Below, one piece after another: positions 36,576 through 47,899 of a DNA stretch of 64,000 bases. Made by a program: the position numbers and the translations under genes. Under the pieces are notes generated by a model. The model saw nothing but the letters and a program-made list of their open reading frames with translations. It was not told the origin of the DNA and did not search any database. The DNA is from Takakia lepidozioides (taxonomy: Eukaryota; Plantae; Bryophyta), in contig CM060732.1 in assembly GCA_030704615.1 (NCBI GenBank), positions 26,350,001-26,414,000 of the forward strand. Reading direction: 5' to 3'. Each line of letters opens with the position of its first letter. The stretch's first letter is position 1.

Positions 36576-39500
36576 TTGGCTTGTGCATGGCTGAGCAATG
36601 GAGGTTGCAGACAGTGGTGGCTACTTATGTACTCCCATTTGGTATTGTATCCCCTCTGCCAACCTGGACGATTGAGGCAGTGAGTGGGGGCGAGCAAAGG
36701 ATCATGGGGTGCAAACACCCATGGCAGATGTGGGATGAGATGCGGAAAGAGAGAGTCCTTGGATCTCTCAAGCAGCAATATGAGGAGTGGGGAGAGCCAT
36801 ACACTGAGGATCAGTTGGAGGCCAAGGTGGCCAATGTTTTTGAAGAGGTTGAGAATGTTCCTTCCCCAGAGGATGTTTTCAAGGTGGTTATGGCAGAGCA
36901 AGTGGAGGCTACGCCACAGTCAGATTGGGCGGACAAGGCCCAAGAGGTTGCTATATAGCAACCAAAGGATTTGGCTCCTACCCCCAAGCCTGATGTACCC
37001 AAGGTTGCAGTCACTGAGGACAATTGGGAACCAGATGTTGGACCTACAGTCACCGGAGGAGAGAGACGGAGGATGTAGCGATTTCTAAGGGCTTATAGAA
37101 ATTGCTTTGCCTTCAGTTTGAAGGATTTGGGGAGTTTGAAGGGTCAGGAGATTCGTATTGATTTGGCAAGTGACACACCAATCTTTCAAAGGCCCTACCG
37201 GTATAGTGACATGGAGAGGTCATTGATCGAGTCACGGACTATGGAGTTGTTCGAAGCTGGATTGGTGGAGTTGTCAGGCGGGGAGTATGTCTCGGCAACG
37301 GTGATGCCAACTAAGAAGGATATTTATGGCGATTGGACAGAAAGAAGGATGTGTGGGGACTATCGTCCTGTGAACCGTCAGACTAAGTCCGATAGATATG
37401 CCATGCCAACTCCAGAGGAAATATTTGATGCCATTGGGCATGCGAAGGTGTTTAGCACATTGGACTTGCGATCCGGTTACCACCAGTTGCCAATCAAAGA
37501 GGCAGACAAGCAAAAGGCGACATTCTGGGGGATTGACCAACATGGGAAGGATTGCTTGTACCAATGGCGCTTCCTACCATTTGGGTTGAAGAATGCTCCT
37601 GCAGAGTTTCAGAGGGTTATGGATAGGATTCTCGCGGGGCTAGACTTTGCCCGGTGTTACATTGATGACATCATCATCTTTAGTGCTACTGTTGAGGAGC
37701 ATGAGAGACACCTTCAGGTGGTGTTTGAGCGCTTGAGAGCGTATGGGTTGAAATTGCACCCTGGGAAGTGCAAGTTCTTCCACAACCAGATTGAGTATCT
37801 GGGCCACATGATATACCCTGGAGGATTGGGTGTTCAAAAGACGAAGGTGGAGGCCATTGCACGCATTCCACTCCCCATAGATGTTAGCAGAGTTCGTGCT
37901 TTCATGGGGTTGGCAAACTACTATCGACGGTTTGTCAAGGGATTTAGCAGCATTGCAAAGGCTCTTACTAAGTTGACCAAGGTGGGTCAGGAGTGGCAGT
38001 TGGAGGAGGAGCAGGAGGAAGCCTTTGAGGAACTCAAGGCTTGATGGACTTCTGCACCTATTCTAAGGCGGCCTATTCGGGGGCGGCCTTTCCAGCTACA
38101 TACGGATTGGAGTATGCTGGGGATTGGAGCAGTGCTCACACATATGGATGATGAGGGAAGAGAGTTTGTAGTGGCATATGCTAGCCGCTCAAACAATGAT
38201 GTCGAGGCGAAGTATAGTTCCTATGAAGGGGAGTGTCTAGCTGCGGTATGGGCAGTGACACATTTCAGATGCTATCTCTATGACAGTCTCTTCACCCTTG
38301 TCACGGATCACCAACCATTGAAGTGGTTGATGGAGTAAGACAAGCTTACAGGGAAGCTTGCACGATGGGCACTTATGCTTCAAGAATACGACTTTCAGGT
38401 GGTGCATCGAGCCGGTATTGTCAATCGGGATGCAGATGGATTGAGTCGTAATCCATGCACGAGCGAGCATGATGATACTGGAGCTCGGTGGCATGGTGAG
38501 ACGGATGAGGAGATGGTGCCAGGATGGCATGCATCTGCTTTTTTGTGCATCCTAGCAATGGGAGCTCAAGCTGGTCCATCCCATAGCATTGGTCATGTAG
38601 TGGTGTGCATGACGATCCGGAGATCAGTGAGGAGCTTGGTGGTGCTAGGGATGTACATGAAGATGCATCAGTGTTGGCCTACCTTCGTACTTGAGAGACA
38701 GCAGCCAGTGTGACTGCTAAGGAGAGAGATCAGATCCTACAACGAGCCAAAAGGTTCAAGTGGGAGGGGACTCACCTACTCCAAGTATGGGAGGATAGAC
38801 GAGTGAGGATTGTACCTCATCCAACACAACGAGCGCCATTGGTACGCCATGCCCATGAGGAGTTGAGACATTTTGGGGTGCGGCGCACTCATAGTTTGCT
38901 GCAAGGATAGTACTGGTGGCGGGGCATGCACACGGATGTGCAACAGTTAGTGACAAGGTGCATGGGGTGTGATAGAGTGCGAGCTTTTTTCAATGCACCT
39001 ACTCCACAATTGCATCCTTTACCCATTATGGGTTTGGGCTATCGTTGGAGTCTTGACTTCGTAGGCCCATTGCCACTAACGATTCGTCATAACAAGTATG
39101 TGCTAGTGATGGTGGAACATTTCTCCAAGTGGATTCAACTGGTGGCATTGCCTGACAAGGCAAGTGAGGGGGCTGCGTATGCATTCTTAGATCGAGTGCT
39201 TAGCCAATTTGGTGCTCCAGCCGAGGTACTCACGGACCAGGGGAGAGAGTTCTTGGGGGAGTTTCAGGCTTTGTGTGAGCAAGCCTTGATAGACCACCGC
39301 ACTACTTCTCGGGATCATCCTGAGGCTGATGGCCTGGCAGAGAGGGTTGTGCAAATAGTCAAGCGAGGCTTACGCAAGTATGGCTTGCAGAAGGGACACT
39401 TAGGAGAATGGGACCTTCAGTTACCTTGGTTGGCCATGGGCTACAGGTTTAGCAAACAAGCATCACTTGCCTCATTCTCGCCGTATTTCCTTATCTTTGG

Positions 39501-40101
39501 CCGAGAGCCAGATTTGCCTGCATCTATTCGCAGGGAGACTGCAGTAGTTCTCAACCTTGATGATCCGGATGTGTGGACACAAGCATGTGCCCAGCGGGTA
39601 GAGTTGTTCAAAAGAGTCATGCCTATGGCTTTTGAGAACCTTGATATTGCCCAACACCGAGACACGTTGAGGTACGCCACTATATGTGGAGGGGGATATC
39701 GGCCAGGTGTTCGGCGTTTCCACCCTGGGGACTATGTGTATCTGCAGCAGACAGCGCCTACGACTTTGGATGTCACAGCAGGGCGTGTGATTCTAAGGGT
39801 CCGGGAGGTGTTGCCTTCACGAGTGTTGATTCTTGAGGGTCGAGATGGCATGGTATGGAAGGACCATGTGCGCAATTGTGCGCCATGTCACCTTCCACAT
39901 GTGGATGGGAGGATAGATCCCAACCTTGCAGTGGTACCTGCAGGGTTGCGTTGCATGCTATGTGGGCATGCTGGTGGTGCCGCGACCATGTTGGTGTGTG
40001 ACAAATGCTCAAGGGGGTGGCACATGGGATGCTTGACACCGCCACTTGAGGAGGTTCCTAGTGGAGAATGGTTGTGTCCACGATGCCTTGGACATAGGTA
40101 G
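36576..40101 (+). mobile_element. Ty3/gypsy copy 2: linker-RT-RNaseH-integrase-PHD (degenerate)
   Basis: YIDD RT; RNaseH LHTDWS...YEGECLA; integrase HHCC, WSLDF, TDQG and GLAER; C-terminal PHD. Confidence 0.95.
39952..40086 (+). other. PHD finger at integrase C-terminus
   Basis: CMLC...MLVCDKCSRGWHMGCL.PPL..VP.GEWLCPRC = C4HC3. Confidence 0.92.
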
Positions 40102-40149
40102 TGGGCATGATAATGGTGGAATTGACAAGTGATCCAATGTCTAGCTGAT

Positions 40150-40166
40150 GGGATTGGTGGGGGGGA
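40150..40166 (+). other. PPT-like tract of the DNMT-gypsy copy 2; 3' LTR not recognisable
   Basis: GGGATTGGTGGGGGGG about 50 bp after the pol stop. Confidence 0.45.
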
Positions 40167-40220
40167 CTTAAGCAGATGGAACTAGTGAAAGAAAATCAAT
40201 TCGGAAGGGAGAGAACGAAC

Positions 40221-43200
40221 CTGTGGACATAGAAAGATCGACCACCCGTGCAGAGTGGTGGCTGCATGAGTCCAGCAGTATTTGCATGAACGCTGGGGAT
40301 TTTTCCTTTGCACCTCTCCGGGGAGTGTCATCTGGTCTCTTCAGAGTTTGACTGGACTGCATGAAGTTGTACAAAATGTCATCGACATGCGGCTCATAGG
40401 GGGGGTTGACGAAACAACCCTGGTCAGAAATCTCAAAGTTGCGGATGGAGGATGGTGTCTTTGAGGTGCGAATCCTCCGCAGGCAGATCGCCTCGAACAT
40501 CCTCGTCTGCCAAAGATAGCAGGTTAGTGTGGTAAACACAATCTATAGTGGAAGTGTGTACATCGGCTATTCAGAACTCAGGCATAAAACAATCATTTTT
40601 ATCACGAATCGGTGATGATCGGTGTCAATCATGACAGATTCTTCTAGAGTGGAGCTGCAGAGAACATTGAAACTCATCATGAAAGCACAAGCAGAAGGGA
40701 GACGGCATACTAGGTGACCAGGGAAACCCCCTTTCACAAGGTAGAGGCTGTTCACACAATTCCATGTGCGCAAAACTTCAAACCCTGAAGACTTCAGGTA
40801 TGATGCCAATGCCCGACGACTATCTTTGTCACATGACTAAAAAAGCAGAAGTGTCCCTGCATCAAAGAGGAAATTATTACAGAACCCGAACACCCAACTC
40901 CAGTAGTTGTCCTCGAATTTGTTCCAGCTTGACGTCTTACCCTTTGGAAGAACTTCTGGCACAGCCTGGCCATCCGGGATGTCGAGAATGACAATGTCAG
41001 CCGCATATGTTTTTTGCACACCGCATACAAAGGTGGGACCAGTGCTCACCTGCAACAGACATGTTTATTTTAAGAACGATGGCAAGAATGTTTTCAAAGA
41101 ACCAGACTGAAATACTACCAATGAAACTTTCAGAGAAAAAAGAAAGAAACTGGAATTCTCACCAGATTGAGGAATGAGATTAAGTTGTCCCAGGTAGGCG
41201 AAGGCACCCTAGTGTATCCTCTCTTTCGACTCTGCATCATCGCCAGCCAACCCTCATTGACAATTTTAATCTCTCCTACCGAATCAGAACGGGAAGGGTG
41301 TGGCTTGGCATCGAACACGCACTGAACTGTGCGGGTATATCTTCCAGCAGTGAAGTCCTGCCCACTCTCCTTTTCCTTCTCCATCTCCTTTTCTTTCTCC
41401 TTCCCCTTGTCCTTTTCCTTCTCCTTCTCTTTGGACTTGTCTTTGTTCTTTGGCTTTGCTGGTGAGATGGCTATGACATCAGGAGCCTTGTCTTTTGGTT
41501 TGCGGCCCGCCTTCTTTCCCTGCTGCGGCGTTCCCTGAGCAGGCTCCTTGGCAACCAATGTTGCTATGTTTCTTTGGTACTGCTCGTCAGTTAGAGGCGC
41601 CAGCATCTCAGCATTATTGTTCAAATATTTCATGTGCTGTTCTTGAAAGGTCGTGTGCTCCGGTGGGCAGTCAAGGTACCGGCCACAGTCTCTGAAGTAA
41701 GAAGGACTCCTGTCCTTCAATATCCCTGCAGTATACATGGTTGGATCATTTGCTGGGTCCGACCACATGTCAAGATAGTCTAGAATACCGCTCAGGTGAT
41801 TTCCTTCCATAAGCACATATTTCGTGTACCTGTTAAAGAGGAGATAAATCCCAATCCACCAAAGCGCGAAGTGAGTAGGATGCAAGTAGCACAGAATGAA
41901 AAAAACAAGGAATGAAATGGCTCTGAGAACTGCTCCAATGAGCTCTCAGGACCACGCGACAACTCTGGATGTGAATGTCGTCAACGCCATTCAAAAAATT
42001 CCATTCAATGATACTGCAAATACACCCTAATCCACGTGAATGCAAACTCTTGCTTTGGAATGACACAGACATAGAAGTGAATGTCGTCAACGTCATTCAC
42101 TTTGGATTTGTGAATACACTGCTAATCAAGCCTAATGATTTCTCAAAAGAGGCAAAATCATTGGATGGAAACTGAATGTCGGCAACGACATTCAGAAACT
42201 CGAATAAGGAACCCTCCCTAAAAACTCAATGGACATTCAAAACGTACATAACACTGAGGACCTCATAATAACACTGGATGTGAATGGCGTCAACGCCATT
42301 CACAAAATTCCGAACAAGGAACCAATAAATACACCCTAAGCTCCTAATCCATGTAAATTCAAATTGTCGCTGGTGAATGACACAGACATAGAAGTGAATG
42401 TCGTCAACGACATTCACTTTGGATCTCTGATAACACAGCTAATCAAGCCTCAAAATTTCTCGCAAGAGGCAAAAGCATTGCTGAACAACTGAATGTCTGC
42501 ATTGACATTCAACAAACTGGAGTGAGGAACCCTCACTGTAAACTCTATGGACATTACAAAAACTTACATATCTCTGAGGACCTCTTAACAACTCTGGATG
42601 TGAATGTCGTCAATGCCATTCAGGGACATTATCAAATCTAATCAGGGACACTATAAATACACCCTAAGCTCCTAATCCAGGTGAATTCAAATTCTCGCTT
42701 AAGAATGATTCAGACAAAGAAGTGAATGTCGTCAACGACATTCAATTTGGATCTATGATTACAATCCTTATGAAGCCTAATTATTTCCCAAAAAGTGCAG
42801 TAGAGTTTCTAATATGATATTGCACCTGTACACAACTCGCATCATGGCCCACTCTCCTCCAACCTGACTGTCAAAGTCGTTGGACCGTAAAATGTTACCA
42901 TCTTTGGAGAACTCCCGGAAAAAACAATATCTCCAGGTGAGACCTCTCCACTTCCTTATGTATGCCTCCAATGACATTTGGGGAGGGGAAACAATCGAAA
43001 TATTCAAGTCCTTCAAAGTCTAATCCAGCACAATGACGGCGCGCTTTTCGAGTTGCAAATTGTATATTTGTCAGTATTGCAAACAAGATACTCATCACAT
43101 AATTGAAGAAAATAAAACGGCTTATTTGAATACACACCTGACTCCAAAATGTAGCCTTGTGGAGCCAGTTATCAAACACCAAATCATTGTTCCTTCCACC

Positions 43201-45762
43201 TTTGTGCCAGGCTGTATGGTGCTCTTTGGGAACTGATTCAAGTCCTTTACTGTCTAATCTGAGTTCCATATCTCCAGCCACCTTATTTTTGTTTGTGGGT
43301 CGACCATGGATATGGCCAGCCGGTGCAATTTCTCCTGCTACATCTCCGGATGCACATGCTTGTCATAGTGAGATTTGATCTACTGAAGGAACTCAGAACC
43401 AAGTCCAGGATCTACTATTCTAAGCTGCTTTCCGAAGGCGGACATCAATTTGGTTCTTCGCATTTCAAACTCCTTCTTTATTGCTGCTTCCACACCCTTT
43501 GATGTCTTTAGTTCCTCTAGTGTAGTGCGGTAATATTCGGATTTTCCCTTCTCAGCTGCCTCTGCCAGTTCTTGCTGCATTGATTCAAATAGTGATTAGC
43601 ACCGAAGGAACTACAAACATGTATTCGAAAAGTAAACTGAGTACAGACTCGGGCTTACCGCATATATGTACTCCAGAAACGCCTCTCGAGTCAAAGAATA
43701 CCAAGTGCCTGCAGCTCTTCATGTTTCACACTTCTTGATTATATTGGGGCGGAGTACTGTCCGAAAATCATCCAGCTTCATCAGACCAATCCTCTGAATT
43801 CGGAATAGTGTGTGGACCAAGCTTGTTGTCACATGCGATTTCTCTATCGATCTGCAAAAACATTGGAAACATTGCATTCCTTAACACTGTTTTTTTGGGA
43901 TTAACAAGACACTATAGAGGGAATGAAGTCTCTAGGATGACTTACTTGTTCACGTCGTGCATAGCTGTAAGAAACCTAGCGATGTCGTTTCCAGGATCCA
44001 AAACCATTGCCTCCACAGCAACATGCTTGTCTTTGTCTTTCGCATGATGTTTCTGAATGTATCCCATCCATGCCAGCAATCGGTGGTTGCCATCCCAGAC
44101 GTAGAACATGTGGTTGCAGAATTGCTGGGTGTTCTTTCCCATCATGAGGCCCAGCTCGAACTCCTCATTAGCATCTTTCCAGCACTCATCCCAGGTATCA
44201 CTGATCTCTGGAGACACTAATGTGCTTTTCCCATTTGTATCCGTCAGTGACACATAAAAAACTTGTGCACCAAGTCTGTATCCATGCACGAAATCACTCT
44301 CCAATTTTGTTATGTCATGGGAAAGAGGTGGACGCACAACATGCATAGATATCATCCGGCATAGAGGGATGTCCAGACGCCCTCCAGATACGAGCATGTC
44401 CCTTATAACCTCTTGAGAGTTTACCTTCTGGAATGACATGAGTTCTTTCACCTTGTCAAGGTAGTGCACTTCAGATTCATCTGCTTCATCGCTATTCTCT
44501 GAGCTTTTTCCAGACTCGTCCCCATCTCCAGATCCTTTTCCCTCTGATCCTATAGGCTTGGACCTCACAGTTTTCTGCACGATGCCATTCAAATCTGACT
44601 GAGTAATGTGCAAATAGTGAACGGCGGTAACGACCATCACTCTGTCTTGTCTCAACTCACAATGAATGGTGTGAAACAAATTCAGAACCATCTACACAAG
44701 CAAAGCTGATCCTGCCGAATTCAAAACAAAACATTATGATTCTAGGGACACAGGAACTGAAAGGTTTTGAGCAAGAGCGAACGGCGTTAACGACAATCAC
44801 AAAAGAGTGGGACCTGCCGGATCGGTGTTGTGCAATGACATATATGTGTAAGTGATTGGCGGCAACGACACTCAGTATAGTTTAGGGCGGACAGTAAGTG
44901 CAGATTATTGAGATTGACTCCATTGTGATGAACGTCGCAAACATTCACTGTTTCTTGTCTATGTTTAGAGTACTTTCCAATCGATACTCTATCTGAATCT
45001 ACAGTATGGTCTTCAAATCTTTGATTGGTGGTACCGCCTTTCCACTTCTCTATCTGTTCAACCTCAAACAAAGAAAATGCATTGCAAAACAATATGACTG
45101 AATATGCCGACCCTCACTCTCTCTTCAAACACATAGGTATATAAATCTCATGAGGAGAATCGAATGGCGTTAACGACGCTCGCAATTCAGTAGACTTCAA
45201 TCACATGTTCCTGCTTAAGAAGGGAAGAGGAAGGACTGCTTGAAAGGCAATCAGACAGACTGTATGATCTGAACAACAGTGAATGACGGTACCGTCAGTC
45301 ACCCACTCATTGTGCGGAAAACCCTTAACAGAGGAGTAGAAAGCAAATCACCGTTGTTTCATGGTGATGGTCGGTAGCGACAATCCCTTTCTGGGACATT
45401 CCACTCAATCTCTATGTAGATCTTCAACAATGAAATGGAAGTTAGAGAAAACTTACTGGCGCCTTCTTAGGTTTTGAAATTGGATCCCCTTCTGCAGCTT
45501 TCCTCTTCCCTCTCACATCTGCTGGAATTTCTGTCTACTCTAGGGTTTCTGGACCTTCTCCCGGTTCAGCGTTCCCCGTACTTCCACCTCCTTCAGTTTC
45601 CATGCGAGTCATCTCTACATCCACAGGCTGGTTTCCAACGCGCACTGTTATCGCCGACTGTGTCACATCCGCTGCCTTAGTCTCGGTTTGCTCTTGTGAA
45701 TCAGTCTCCGCGTTCACCTGCTGCCTTGGCTCTGTGTTCTCCAACAAACGACGCCTCGTCAT
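40221..45762 (-). pseudogene. Multi-exon ParB/Srx-like domain + beta-class amino (N4C/N6A) methyltransferase-like gene, 3'-truncated
   Basis: FYVWDGNHRLLAW (ParB-like). Then DIVILDIPDG, FLFDAGTLLLF, GFEVLRTW and EKSPAFMQILL..S...RVVDLSMSTG in the beta-class order. GT-AG introns; several stops. Confidence 0.6.
41940..42790. repeat. Intronic array of 24-bp palindromes in a ~315-bp higher-order repeat
   Basis: GTGAATGTCGTCAACGACATTCAC-like units at 41971, 42077, 42172, 42280, 42394, 42489, 42600 and 42722. Confidence 0.9.
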
Positions 45763-46624
45763 TTGCTCTCTTGCTCTGCGTCTCTCTCTAAGGGAAGTAA
45801 AATAAAGAGACTTTCTTCTCTTTCGTATTGTAGAAAGAACCCTCTCCAGCTTGACTACCACTCTCCCTCTAAGCGCGAAAAGTAGAAAAACGAAGTGACT
45901 CCTGATTTCTTGCGGGATTGCGTGCGTTGTGGCTTGTCTCTAGAAGCATCGGATTCCCTCTCGCGTGACCGTTACACATAGTCATTCCCTTATTAGTGCA
46001 CATGCCAGCAATTAGTGTACAGCTGTTCGTATTCAATATAGTTATCGATGTCTGACGTGTGTCGCCCAAAATAAACGGCGTGTTCTTTATTAGAACGGTT
46101 TCAATATTTAAAAATAACAGCGAATCCCAGAAATCTTGGCGCACAGTCTTAGACAAATATATGTAAATGAACGAGAGTTTGATGACAAATTTTGGGATAT
46201 CATACACGTTCATCCTTGTTAGCCAACCCCACGTTTGTTTCACATTTTGAACTTTCCAGGTGCGCATGATCATTGGTAGTAGTATAAAGATGCATTTACT
46301 TAATCTGCAATCCCACCCTCAGATCCTGTGGCATGCTTCCAGGAAGTCGGCTTGTTATTGTGTTTATTGATGAGGTTCTGATTAACGGTTTAACAGCTGC
46401 CGACATTGCTCCTAGGGATACTCTGACCACAGGGCCCACAAAAAAAGTAATTAAAATGGACGGCTGCATATCTAGAAGAAATAACAGAATATGCACAATC
46501 GTCGTCTGAGCTTCCTTCGCAATATTCTCTGCTCATTCTTCAACTGTGTTCTGGAGACATCAGTAAACCGATTTACACTGAAGGTCTGCGATAACAAGGT
46601 ATCAACGTATGCGAGGAAAGGAGG

Positions 46625-47790
46625 ATGGCTTCCTCTGAAGCAGAGTTCTTCTCTGACGACAAACCAGTGTCGTTCTCCCAAGAAGTCCTTGACAATGGAT
46701 TTGCAATTGTTCTAGAACATGTCTTGGCTACCCGTTTTCAGCTTCAGTATGGCATCTTTTTGGAGAAAGAGGTGTACGATTTGAAAGGGAAGTTGTTGAA
46801 ATACTCTTTCCAAAACCATGATGAGACGGCTCATGTCAGCCAGTGGAGAGTGCGCCCTGGTCGATACAGAGTACTTGGAGAGCCTCGGCCAAAGTCCCTT
46901 GGATCATATGTGACGCTCGGGACTGTTGCTTCGGTCGTTGAAGACAAGAGGGAGGTGGTGGTGAAAAAAAAACAGACGTCCTCCACTCCAATCGTTGAGC
47001 TTTCGGATTCGTCCGATGATGACATAAGTGAAATTCCAAATCCAGTCCTTCCTACTGTGGTTGGAGAAGCTGATGAAGAAGAGATTTGTAGTGTCATTCC
47101 AAAACTACGGGCGATGGGAGAAATGGCTGGATTCAAAAGTGAGTTGCGAGGAATTGATTGGGAATCTTTGAAGCAGGTGCCTGTGAAGTTCTTGCCAGAG
47201 ACTTTTGATGGCGATATCCTATTCGAGCTGCCTCCTCCTCCGCGAGTTGGAGGTGTAACAATCATGATGCATGGAATGGACAAGAAACACGACGGGCACC
47301 CGTGGTGCAGAACAAAAACATCCAATATTCAGAATGATGACAAGCTTGTTTTCAGGAGAACAGTTTGCAAAGGACACCTTAGGTGTGATAATCTGGATTG
47401 CAGACACTTTCTTCAGTCTGGGGCTCATAATCAAAGCGAATGGGAGGGTCTGGCGGAAAATCCATTTCAGCCTGGGACTCCCCACCACCGGCAAACACTT
47501 TCGTCTGCAAATTATGCAAATTTGTGCCATCCTGCTTGGCGCTCTGCGGAGCAAGAATGTACTATGTTGTCCACCGTTTGAAAACAATGACAAGAGCTTG
47601 TGTGCATTTCGGATTCCATAACCATCCTGTCTCGAAGGGGGATTACAGGGAGAGTGTTGAGACAGTATCGAGGTTGATTAAACAGGAGTTCGGGAGAAAC
47701 CCATCCGCAACAACATCTGCAATTGCTCTTGGCGCAAGCAAGTCCTTCTTGGAAAGCCATATTTTGAGTGAAGGGGATTCTGTGGGTGTT
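46625..47790 (+). pseudogene. Cys/His-rich (GCM/WRKY-like) N-terminal part of a putative DNA transposase
   Basis: DGHPW...CKGHLRCDNLDC...CKLC...C...HFGFHNHP; frameshift at about 47480; truncated at about 47790. Confidence 0.55.
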
Positions 47791-47899
47791 AGAGGGCTGC
47801 TTGGGACTTAGACGCTTTTATGGGTTCTGAGGGGTATCCTCAATTTTTGCGCAGACTAAGACCAACAGGAGTCTTAGGCGTGGCAGGAGCAGGCTTTAA

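Noticed and set aside
41940-42790. CRISPR array (regularly spaced palindromic repeats)
   Set aside because: The spacers are about 70-100 bp and themselves repeat every third unit; the array is intronic in eukaryotic DNA, with no cas genes.
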